64,000 nucleotides of DNA from positions 320,001 through 384,000 of IMG/VR virus record IMGVR_UViG_3300049988_000286; one strand, written 5' to 3'. Within the stretch, counting starts at the first letter, position 1; the number at the start of each line of letters is the position of its first letter. Shown piece after piece: positions 27,915-35,534 of this stretch. Source of the DNA: a virus. Its lineage: Duplodnaviria; Caudoviricetes. The notes below the pieces were generated by a model, which did not search any database, was not told the origin of the DNA, and worked only from the letters and a program-made list of their open reading frames with translations. The position numbers and the translations under genes were made by a program.

Positions 27915-28161
27915 TTGTCGGCTTCTCCTCGGGGGACAACAACCCGCCCCTCTCCTCTCTACCATGCGGGCGATGCGTCAAAACGGCATCCCGTTCTTCT
28001 TCAAAATGGAAAACGTCACGCAGGTGAATTCACGCAGCCTGATCGGTTATGCGTCGAAGGATCAACGCACATACCAGTACGTAATCGTCCGCGAGCGTGA
28101 CCTCGACATGATCCACTTGCTCGCGACGGTGACGGTTCAGCCCTCAAGCGTTGTTAGATGA
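27907..28161 (+). CDS. Family A paralog
   Basis: MRQNGIPF...VRERDLDMIHL. Confidence 0.7.
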   Translation: MANCRLLLGGQQPAPLLSTMRAMRQNGIPFFFKMENVTQVNSRSLIGYASKDQRTYQYVIVRERDLDMIHLLATVTVQPSSVVR

Positions 28162-28176
28162 CCGAATAAATACTGG

Positions 28177-28662
28177 ATGAGAACCCTCATCGACCTCGTG
28201 GAAGCCGCCGCTGCAAGTAACACCCTCTTCCATTCCACCGACTTCGGTGCCGAGATTTTCCGCGACGGTCGCATCCACGCTAACTCGACCATCGACCTCT
28301 CCGCTCGTGCGGGACGTGCCTCTGACCTTCGCCACGACGCCGAGCACCACACCACTCACGGCGTCTGTGCGACACGATCCCTCTACTTCGCGAAACAATT
28401 CTCACCCACCATCTTCGCCCTTGATGTCGCAAAACTCCGGCAGCAATACCGCATCGTGCAACGCGCCGAAGCCGGGGCGTATGATCTCGCCGACGATCAC
28501 GGCGACTTCCGCATCGAAGCCGAGGAGTTCATCATCTGCCCCGGCATCGATCTCGCCCGCTTCTGCCAAGGCATCTGGATCAACGATTCACTCCGCGACG
28601 ATCCCGACCACGCTCCCCTCGCCGCCTCGCCGATGTTCCGTGGATGGTTTGCACCAGTGTAA
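28177..28662 (+). CDS. Putative internal virion protein, ART-like fold
   Basis: MRTLIDLVEA; LFHST...VCATRS...EAEEFI; TAAATA-N4-ATG. Confidence 0.6.
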   Translation: MRTLIDLVEAAAASNTLFHSTDFGAEIFRDGRIHANSTIDLSARAGRASDLRHDAEHHTTHGVCATRSLYFAKQFSPTIFALDVAKLRQQYRIVQRAEAGAYDLADDHGDFRIEAEEFIICPGIDLARFCQGIWINDSLRDDPDHAPLAASPMFRGWFAPV

Positions 28663-28669
28663 ATACCCG

Positions 28670-29110
28670 ATGAGAAATTGGATCAACCTCGTGGAAACCG
28701 CAGCGGCGAACCTCATCGTTACAGAGGGTCGCCGTTACACCTACAGTATGGGCGGCGAAGACGTAGAAACCATCGATCGTCCGTCCCGCCTTGATTTTGA
28801 AGCGATGCTGGCACGTTCCCAGTATAAGGTCTTGCGGGCTATGCTTACGGTGACTGATCTCATTATCTGGGATGCCGCTAAAGCAACTCACGATCATCCA
28901 GAATTTGGAGGTGGGGAACGTATCGTGCTCACCGCCGACATGGTGTTATACTACCCCGATGCCGACGAAAGCGACCCCGATTACGAGGAGGAACTGGACC
29001 GGCAGGAAAAATGGATCGATGAACACCCCATGTTGAAGCGTATCTACGGCGGATCGGTTCGCTCGTTCTCCTATTACGAGTTCCCAAACCTCCACATCGA
29101 AGCATATTGA
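28670..29110 (+). CDS. Putative internal virion protein (RPS/NP...LR...W...H family)
   Basis: MRNWINLVETA; paralog of 29830 and 36106; TAAATA-N4-ATG. Confidence 0.65.
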   Translation: MRNWINLVETAAANLIVTEGRRYTYSMGGEDVETIDRPSRLDFEAMLARSQYKVLRAMLTVTDLIIWDAAKATHDHPEFGGGERIVLTADMVLYYPDADESDPDYEEELDRQEKWIDEHPMLKRIYGGSVRSFSYYEFPNLHIEAY

Positions 29111-29166
29111 ACACCGACGCCGAGCACCACCCTGATCTTCGCACCGGTTTTCCACCTAAATACCGG

Positions 29167-29811
29167 ATGAGAAATTGGATCAACCTCGTTGAGGGGCTCG
29201 GTAGCGAAAAGGGGTTGGCAAAGACTCCCCAAGTCCTTGAAGCTATCTTTGCGCACATCCAACAACAAGTCGATCCCGACATCTCACGTGAGGAATTTGA
29301 CAAAGCCTATGGTGAGTTCGAACAGCGCTTGAAATTCCCTATGCGGGTCTATCGCGCCCTCTCCTTCGAAGACGCGGGATCGTTTTTCAACGCTCACACC
29401 GACGATCTCACCAACGTGTCCGACGACGAGCAGACCCGCCTCCACGCCGCAATCGAGACGATCGACTTCTCCCGCATCGGCATCTGCTGGACCGACAATC
29501 GAGCCGTCGCCCTAGCCGGGGGCGCACTCGGTGGTGGAGCCGGTAATCACGACGGCGCACACATCATCCTCGAAGCCACGATCAACCCCGATCAGTGCGA
29601 CCTCCTGACGACGATGTTTCACAACCTCACGGTCTACCAAGAAGAACACGAAATCACCCTCTATGCCAACACGCCGGTGACGATAACCGGCGTGACACCC
29701 CACTACGGGATGTCGCTGCCCATTAAGGCCAACACCGGCCCGGATCGATATGACCACCGTGCCAGCGTGGTGGATGCCCTTCGAGACGCGATGCGGGCGA
29801 TAAGGGGTTGA
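29167..29811 (+). CDS. Putative internal virion protein, ART-like fold
   Basis: MRNWINLVEG; VYRAL...GICWT...EEHEITL; TAAATA-N4-ATG. Confidence 0.6.
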   Translation: MRNWINLVEGLGSEKGLAKTPQVLEAIFAHIQQQVDPDISREEFDKAYGEFEQRLKFPMRVYRALSFEDAGSFFNAHTDDLTNVSDDEQTRLHAAIETIDFSRIGICWTDNRAVALAGGALGGGAGNHDGAHIILEATINPDQCDLLTTMFHNLTVYQEEHEITLYANTPVTITGVTPHYGMSLPIKANTGPDRYDHRASVVDALRDAMRAIRG

Positions 29812-29829
29812 CGCCCGCATAAATACTCG

Positions 29830-30243
29830 ATGCGAAATTGGATAAATCTCATCACCGAAGCCATCGAACGCGTCAACGTTCGAGGCATCGATGTTCCCGT
29901 GCTGACCAACCCCACCCGGTCAGTGCTCCGTCAATTTCTCGAAACCCAAGGAGAGTTGCGAGCGTGCGTCCACGATAATGGCGACCTGACCGTCTTCCCG
30001 TCTCGGCTCGCCACTCACGGAGATATCGACGACGATCACACCCACTATCCGATGATGATCCCCGATGCCACCACCGCGCTCTACCGTTTCGACAGCGGTT
30101 TCCCCCTTGATGATGTGGAAGCCTTCCAAGAGACGCTCAAAAGCCAGCTTCCCTCCCACCGTGGTCTGGTTCGCGCACTCGGATCGGGGTTCAAGATCGA
30201 GTTCGATACCGGCTCGATCGATTGGGAAGCAGAGGGATATTGA
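29830..30243 (+). CDS. Putative internal virion protein
   Basis: MRNWINLITEA; NPTRS..LRA...LATH; TAAATA-N4-ATG. Confidence 0.65.
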   Translation: MRNWINLITEAIERVNVRGIDVPVLTNPTRSVLRQFLETQGELRACVHDNGDLTVFPSRLATHGDIDDDHTHYPMMIPDATTALYRFDSGFPLDDVEAFQETLKSQLPSHRGLVRALGSGFKIEFDTGSIDWEAEGY

Positions 30244-30270
30244 CACGCGATCCGCGCTTCCGTATAAATA
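30240..30270 (+). promoter_or_regulatory. Sigma70 promoter overlapping a T4-type late promoter, upstream of leader/tRNA operon
   Basis: TTGACA (30240-45) - 17 nt - TATAAA (30263-68); TATAAATA 30263-70. Confidence 0.85.
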
Positions 30271-30310
30271 AAAGCATCAGGGACATGGTGTCCCCGACAG
30301 AGGTAACGAC

Positions 30311-30454
30311 ATGTTCGATCAGATCGACATTGCTGTGAACGATGAGGGCGGTTTCGCCGTCGTGTCGTCGCGCGCGTTGCCACTACTGCCGCTTCTCCCC
30401 TTGCCGCTTCTCGCGGCCGAGGGCGTTTGTGGTGATGGAGGAACGACTTTCTAA
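30311..30454 (+). CDS. Attenuator leader peptide, 47 aa, with Leu/Pro control run
   Basis: Manual translation MFDQIDIAVNDEGGFAVVSSRALPLLPLLPLPLLAAEGVCGDGGTTF*; SD GAGGT; control codons 30377-30412 TTG CCA CTA CTG CCG CTT CTC CCC TTG CCG CTT CTC. Confidence 0.8.
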   Translation: MFDQIDIAVNDEGGFAVVSSRALPLLPLLPLPLLAAEGVCGDGGTTF

Positions 30455-30496
30455 CGAGAAGGTCCAAACTTCCAGAGGTTACCCAAACCCGCCCTT
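30419..30496 (+). promoter_or_regulatory. Putative antiterminator helix (segments 2:3)
   Basis: GAGGGCGTTTGTGGT (30419-33) pairs with ACCCAAACCCGCCCTT (30481-96), which includes the terminator 5' arm. Confidence 0.6.
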
Positions 30497-30526
30497 GGCC
30501 CTGATACGGCCGATGGCGGGTTTTTT
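30488..30526 (+). terminator. Rho-independent (attenuator) terminator
   Basis: CCCGCC-C-TTGGCC loop CTGATAC GGCCGA-T-GGCGGG followed by TTTTTT. Confidence 0.85.
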
Positions 30527-30696
30527 GTTGTCTGCGGTTCCGAAGACCTCCCGAGACGATCCCATGGGATCAAAAGCGGAGTGATCGAACCGAAGGCTTG
30601 ATTACGAGTGTTGCGTGTCTCTTCGGAGATGGTCTTTGAAATTGTTGGAGAGAGAATGAAACGAGGCTCTTCGTGAGCCTCCGTTCATGGGCCAGT

Positions 30697-30772
30697 CACG
30701 CATTGGAGGAGTCAGGTCATCCTCGCGTGTCTGGGAGACACGAGAACACAGGTTCGAATCCTGTATGCGTGA
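30697..30772 (+). tRNA. tRNA-Pro(GGG), no encoded CCA
   Basis: CACGCAT/ATGCGTG acceptor, anticodon arm CGTGT-CTGGGAG-ACACG, T-loop TTCGAAT, C1:G72 and A73. Confidence 0.85.
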
Positions 30773-30796
30773 CTGGCCCATGAGCAAAAACATCGT

Positions 30797-30874
30797 CGCG
30801 CGGTAGTCCAGTCAGGTTAGGGCGTCCGGTTTGGGACCGGAAGATCAAAGGTTCGAATCCTTTTCGCGCGACCA
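30797..30874 (+). tRNA. tRNA-Pro(TGG)
   Basis: TCCGG-TTTGGGA-CCGGA; TTCGAAT; ACCA end. Confidence 0.95.
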
Positions 30875-30957
30875 TTTACATAGTTGACAAAGTAGAAACA
30901 GCGATTGACCATAATGGGGAAAGGAGTTGAGAAGAAGAGTTGAAGTAAATCGATAAT

Positions 30958-31042
30958 GCGCTCGTGGCGAAACTGGTAGCCGCGCCAGATTTAGGTTCTG
31001 GTATCTTTGGGTGTGGGGGTTCGAATCCCTCCGGGCGCACCA
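30958..31042 (+). tRNA. tRNA-Leu(TAG)
   Basis: CCAGA-TTTAGGT-TCTGG; long variable arm; ACCA. Confidence 0.95.
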
Positions 31043-31055
31043 TCGATCTTGGTAT

Positions 31056-31145
31056 GCGATCGTGGCGAAATTGGTAGCACGCGCAACGTTGAGGGCGTTG
31101 TGGAACGGAAGTTCCGTGGAGGTTCGAGGCCTCTCGATCGCACCA
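31056..31145 (+). tRNA. tRNA-Leu(GAG)
   Basis: CAACG-TTGAGGG-CGTTG; long variable arm; ACCA. Confidence 0.95.
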
Positions 31146-31156
31146 GAATACAAGAT

Positions 31157-31242
31157 GGGGACGTGGCGAAATTGGTAGCACGCGCAGGTTTCAGAAACCT
31201 GTGCCGCAAGGCGTGAGGGTTCGACCCCCTCCGTCCCCACCA
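31157..31242 (+). tRNA. tRNA-Leu(CAG)
   Basis: CAGGT-TTCAGAA-ACCTG; long variable arm; ACCA. Confidence 0.95.
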
Positions 31243-31259
31243 TCGACTGTAGTGATGAT

Positions 31260-31346
31260 GCCGGTGTGGCGAAATTGGTTATACGCGCAGCATTCAAACC
31301 GCTGTGTCCTCCGGGCGTAAGAGTTCGAGTCTCTTCACCGGCACCA
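31260..31346 (+). tRNA. tRNA-Leu(CAA)
   Basis: CAGCA-TTCAAAC-CGCTG (31:39 mismatch); long variable arm; ACCA. Confidence 0.9.
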
Positions 31347-31358
31347 TCAACACAGTTA

Positions 31359-31435
31359 CGGGGATTAGGGAAGTAGGTCATCCCGTCTCATTCGGTATGA
31401 GAAGATCGTCGATTCGAATTCGGCATCCCCGACCA
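31359..31435 (+). tRNA. tRNA-Pro(CGG)
   Basis: TCTCA-TTCGGTA-TGAGA; C1:G72; ACCA. Confidence 0.9.
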
Positions 31436-31463
31436 TTATTGGTGCTTCCGTGATAAATACTTC

Positions 31464-32021
31464 ATGGAAAACGAACGCACCACAAAAGTCTGCTCCCGCT
31501 GTAAAGAGGAGAAGCCTCTCGACAACTTCGGTCTGCGTTGGGGAAGCTCTAGAGATGTCCGCTATCCTACTGCGCAGTGTAAAAGCTGCCGAGCAGTCGT
31601 CCGTGCTGAAAAGGGTTGGAACCCTTCAAAAGAAGCGCGTGATCGAGAGAAGGTTAGAGCGCGGGAAATCAGGAAGCGGAAACGCCGTGATCCTGCCTTT
31701 GTCGGTAAACACATCCTTGAAGACTCTAGGCGCTACGACCGCAAGAAAGGCTTTTCGAACGACCTCGATCTCGCTTTCATCGAAGATCAGATTAAGGATG
31801 GCTGCTCATACTGCGGCGACACAGAGATGCGTCCCTCTCTCGACCGTATCGACAACGATCGCGGTCATCTAAAGGACAACGTGGTGGCCGCGTGTGTGCG
31901 CTGCAATCTGGTTCGAGGGAACATGCCCCACGCGGCGTGGTTGGAATTGTGCGAAGGGATGCGCCGCGCCCGTCTCAAGGGGTTGTTCGGCGATTGGCAG
32001 GGTAAATTCATCAGAAAATAA
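31464..32021 (+). CDS. HNH-type homing endonuclease within tRNA locus
   Basis: N-terminal C..C zinc finger; CSYCG...LDRIDNDRGH..DNVVAAC..CN; TAAATA-N4-ATG. Confidence 0.8.
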   Translation: MENERTTKVCSRCKEEKPLDNFGLRWGSSRDVRYPTAQCKSCRAVVRAEKGWNPSKEARDREKVRAREIRKRKRRDPAFVGKHILEDSRRYDRKKGFSNDLDLAFIEDQIKDGCSYCGDTEMRPSLDRIDNDRGHLKDNVVAACVRCNLVRGNMPHAAWLELCEGMRRARLKGLFGDWQGKFIRK

Positions 32022-32049
32022 TATTGGCGGCGGTGCTTATATCTTCTAC

Positions 32050-32376
32050 ATGACGGTCATGAGCGATCCTATAGCATTGGAAATGTCTGAAGGCTTTGTC
32101 CTTGAGGTATTGTACATAGCATTGATAGAGTGGAAGGTTCCACTACCCTCGATTTCGAGGAGCCTTCCTGTGCATTCATCGTCAAAGTTCGACGGCGAGC
32201 AGGAAGCACTTTGGCAGCAAATTATAATGGACCCTCGATTTAGCCAGTTGCTTTTCGCGAACGAACCAGTGGTTTCAATCAGCGCACGCAACATTGTAAT
32301 GAGCAATGCGCAAATCGGTATAGAGCCGTTTATTAAGGCTTATGCTGATTATCTAGTAGTGGTCGGTTCTTCGTAG
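32050..32376 (+). CDS. Hypothetical protein, lower GC
   Basis: Fills the gap between HNH and tRNA-Leu(TAA). Confidence 0.45.
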   Translation: MTVMSDPIALEMSEGFVLEVLYIALIEWKVPLPSISRSLPVHSSSKFDGEQEALWQQIIMDPRFSQLLFANEPVVSISARNIVMSNAQIGIEPFIKAYADYLVVVGSS

Positions 32377-32379
32377 AGC

Positions 32380-32465
32380 GCGGGCATGATGAAAAGGTAG
32401 CCGTGGGGGACTTAAAATCCTCCGCTCGAAAGAGCGTCCCGGTTCGATTCCGGGTGCCCGCACCA
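32380..32465 (+). tRNA. tRNA-Leu(TAA)
   Basis: GGGGA-CTTAAAA-TCCTC; variable arm GCTCGAAAGAGC; ACCA. Confidence 0.9.
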
Positions 32466-33017
32466 CTAAATCGCTTTGACGAACGATCCATCTGGCACCA
32501 CGGCGGAGACGCTCCCCGCATCCTCGCCTTCATTGTCGTAGTAGCATCCCCGATCAGCCGTTCCCATGGCTTTCTGTTTGATCATCCAGCGATTGGCGTG
32601 ATCGTCAGTAAGGGGATTATTGGGTTTGTTCTTCATCGCGCCGACGATGTGGTAACCTTGGATCGACGGTCGAGCAGTCAGGGCGACTTGTTCCCGGTTA
32701 CTAAAGACGGCGCGCTCAAGGCCGTTCTCGGGCAGGAAATCTTCTACTGGGAGCCGCGCGTTGAACCCAGTGGCCCATCTTCCCAAGCGTTTGAGGGTCT
32801 GGCTACCGGCGAGCATGGTCTTGCCATACTCGGAACCACCGTCCCAATCGTGACCATCGGCCCTTACGCCGATGCGTGCTTCGAGGGCTTCCCGTGCCGC
32901 GTCCCGTGATCCGAGATGGAGGCCGTAATGGGAGCCGCGAAGATCACCCGATGGTGAGCCATGCCAGAACACGATCGGGACGGAGGCTTCGCAGATGAGG
33001 TCGATGAGGTAGCGCAT
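32466..33017 (-). CDS. Putative internal virion protein, ART-like (HGS motif)
   Basis: MRYLIDLICEA; FWHGS...GLHLG...EGED..S...V; TAAATA-N4-ATG. Confidence 0.55.
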   Translation of the reverse strand: MRYLIDLICEASVPIVFWHGSPSGDLRGSHYGLHLGSRDAAREALEARIGVRADGHDWDGGSEYGKTMLAGSQTLKRLGRWATGFNARLPVEDFLPENGLERAVFSNREQVALTARPSIQGYHIVGAMKNKPNNPLTDDHANRWMIKQKAMGTADRGCYYDNEGEDAGSVSAVVPDGSFVKAI

Positions 33018-33083
33018 CGGATATTTAGCGCTTGACCGAACTCTGCTAATCAATTATAGCGGTGGTCGAAACGGAGACACCCC

Positions 33084-33278
33084 ATGCTCGCAGTCAACGA
33101 TCTCGTCCACGCCACCATTATCGAGAACGGCTACTGGAAGGATTCCTGCAAGGGGAAGATCGTCGGCGAGACCGCCAACTTCTGGATTGTCGAGAGCCAT
33201 CACTGGCGCTTCAACAACAAGACCAAGCGTTTCGCCAAGGAGGGCGGCAACCTCTCCAAGCGCGAGCCGAAGGTTTAA
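33084..33278 (+). CDS. Hypothetical protein
   Basis: GGAG SD; promoter at 33032. Confidence 0.65.
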   Translation: MLAVNDLVHATIIENGYWKDSCKGKIVGETANFWIVESHHWRFNNKTKRFAKEGGNLSKREPKV

Positions 33279-33490
33279 CCCCTCCACGCCAGCCAATACA
33301 TCAGTGCGTCGGCTTCATCGCGAAACACTATTCTCCCCTCCGACACATGGACGAGCGACGAAGTATTGTCCGCGCACCATGCTATCGCCGCCCGCGCCTC
33401 TTGCGACCATCTACCGAAGGGGTGATCGACCTCGATCACCCACTCCTTGACGAGGGTCCGATACATCCGGGCAGCGCGAGGCGGGGTCAT
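33275..33490 (-). CDS. Small hypothetical protein, family B
   Basis: WCADNT...VFRDEADALMYWLAW. Confidence 0.65.
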   Translation of the reverse strand: MTPPRAARMYRTLVKEWVIEVDHPFGRWSQEARAAIAWCADNTSSLVHVSEGRIVFRDEADALMYWLAWRG

Positions 33491-33530
33491 GCGGGTTCGT
33501 TAGATCACGCGAGGTCGAGAAAGCAAATAG

Positions 33531-34721
33531 CTATTTCTTGATGCGCGTGAGGAACAGTTCCTCCCTCCATCCCTCGCGGGGCTCTCCTTGCTTCAAGGTC
33601 ACCTGATCGACAGGAACAAGAACCCACGAATCCGGTAGGTCCATCTTGCGCGCAGTCGAGACGCCTTCGATGCCCTTGTCCTCGAAGAAACCGGTCCACG
33701 AGAGGATTGACGATCGTGCGTTACCCTCGTTGGCGTATTTCTTCGCGGACTTGAACGTATCGACCATGCGGACATGATCCTTCCGATCCGTGTAGTCATA
33801 GTCGAACCCGGCGAAATACTTCCCGTCCTCGCCGTCGCGAAGGACATAGACGATCGACTCCGGTATCGAGATTGCCTCAACGGCATCCTCGATCTGTCGA
33901 TAAGAAAGAGTGAAGCCGTTCTGCCACCAAGGATTTTCGCCCCAATACTCCCACGAGGGAACACCCCTGCCACCCGATGAACCATCCGGACGCGTGTGCT
34001 TGATGTGATACTCGATCTGGCTCTCATCGAGATCGACGCGGATGGCGCGGCCGGAGTCCTTTTGCCGGTCCGCGCTGGTCTTCTTGTCCGACGATACAGT
34101 GAATTCGAGACCCGCCGGTACCGTGAAGATCGGCATCTCATGCGCGTGCTCATACGGGTTGTCGTAATTGTATGGCTTTCCCGCCGCGCGCCAAGCATCC
34201 GCCTCCGCGACGAGGCGATGATCACGCTCTGGATAGACCCACGCAGTAATGGTCACCGGCCGGGTAAAGCGCCAGCGCGAGCCCTTGACCATCTCCTTCA
34301 GCTTGGAAACCTTGGCCTCCTTTGCTACTGGCGGGTCGATCTTGGTTACGGCCCCGATGTGGGCAACCGATGATCCCCAGACGACGAACCGCAAGTCGCC
34401 GCCGAAGCGATCGATGACCCGCTGTTCAGCCGCCGCCGCTTCTGGGAACCGTTTTTTGATCGCACTCCATTGCCCATCGAACAGGCGGTAGCTCTCACCC
34501 CATGTCTTCCAAAGGTCATGCCCGGCGAGTTCTCGCAGCACCACATGCTCTTCTTCCGGGATGAGGTCTTCAAGCGAATGCGGTCTCGTGATCTGCGTGA
34601 CGCGCCCCTTTGTGGCGCGCTTCGAAGGCTGGCAGAACCGTTCCGAGAGCACAAACCCCGCCGAATAGATGGGGGTGCCCTTGGGTGCGCTCACGTAGTC
34701 GCCAATTTTGATATCGCTCAT
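33531..34721 (-). CDS. Hypothetical protein
   Basis: Long ORF; start MSDIKIG. Confidence 0.75.
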   Translation of the reverse strand: MSDIKIGDYVSAPKGTPIYSAGFVLSERFCQPSKRATKGRVTQITRPHSLEDLIPEEEHVVLRELAGHDLWKTWGESYRLFDGQWSAIKKRFPEAAAAEQRVIDRFGGDLRFVVWGSSVAHIGAVTKIDPPVAKEAKVSKLKEMVKGSRWRFTRPVTITAWVYPERDHRLVAEADAWRAAGKPYNYDNPYEHAHEMPIFTVPAGLEFTVSSDKKTSADRQKDSGRAIRVDLDESQIEYHIKHTRPDGSSGGRGVPSWEYWGENPWWQNGFTLSYRQIEDAVEAISIPESIVYVLRDGEDGKYFAGFDYDYTDRKDHVRMVDTFKSAKKYANEGNARSSILSWTGFFEDKGIEGVSTARKMDLPDSWVLVPVDQVTLKQGEPREGWREELFLTRIKK

Positions 34722-34820
34722 GCCTAGATGGTAGCCTTCAACTCGCAAGCGGTCAACGGTTTATAGTTCGTGCTTGACTCACCCGTGATAATCGATTACC
34801 GACGCGGCGAGGAGATCACT

Positions 34821-35534
34821 ATGCCCCTGCCTGAAATCGAGCATTCGCCCCATGGCTACTGGATCGATCTCGACCGATCGATCCACCCGCTCGCAGAGCC
34901 GCAGTCTCACGCCCGGCATCCGATCCTCGATCGTTTCTCCGGCGAGGGCCTTGCCCGAATGCAAGCCGGGCTGGACGAGGGTCTCGTCGCGGTATCGATC
35001 TTCGACAACAGCTTCTCGGTTCGATCGCGCGCAGGGGCGGTTCCCGCACCCGTCATCGCTTCTCTTGCCAGAGTCGTCGCGCTTCACACGCCCGAGGCGA
35101 TCACTACGGATCATCACGGCGCTGGTCCCACCAAGACGATCATGCGCGGTCTTCGGTTGACGACTACTCGCACGGTTCCATCGTTCCCCGACAGTGAGCC
35201 GCAGTTCGCATCGCCGTGGGAGGAGATCGCGCATCTCAAGCTCGCTCTCTCCGTGGTGGAAGGTGAACGTGACGCCTATTCCGCCATGGCGTCACAGAGT
35301 GAGGCCCAGACGGCGCTCAAGCATTTCTTCAAGCGCTTCGACGACATCAGAGCGCAGCTTGACCTTGTTCGCCGTTACTACAAGAAGGGCGAGGATATCT
35401 CAATCGACTCATCGCTCGACGATAAGGCGAAGCTGGACAAGCTTGGCTTCTACATCTTCCATGAGATGAACCGTAGCCTGTGGTACGTGGGTGTGCTCGT
35501 CAAGGAGTTGTTCGCGACCAAGGCCGACGACTGA
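34821..35534 (+). CDS. Hypothetical protein
   Basis: GAGGAG SD before ATG 34821. Confidence 0.7.
   Translation: MPLPEIEHSPHGYWIDLDRSIHPLAEPQSHARHPILDRFSGEGLARMQAGLDEGLVAVSIFDNSFSVRSRAGAVPAPVIASLARVVALHTPEAITTDHHGAGPTKTIMRGLRLTTTRTVPSFPDSEPQFASPWEEIAHLKLALSVVEGERDAYSAMASQSEAQTALKHFFKRFDDIRAQLDLVRRYYKKGEDISIDSSLDDKAKLDKLGFYIFHEMNRSLWYVGVLVKELFATKADD

Noticed and set aside
30280-30530. tmRNA (permuted alphaproteobacterial type), suggested by 'NDEGGFAV' in the leader
   Set aside because: No tRNA-like acceptor or T-arm and no Ala-Ala-stop tag; the ORF has its own SD and ATG and ends before a terminator, which fits an attenuator leader.
30527-30696. Extra tRNA in the structured spacer after the terminator
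   Set aside because: Hairpins are present but there is no 7-nt anticodon loop, T-loop or CCA.
30884-30915. Internal promoter before the Leu tRNAs (TTGACA...CATAAT)
   Set aside because: Spacer is 20 nt, too long for sigma70; kept only as a caveat to the attenuator model.
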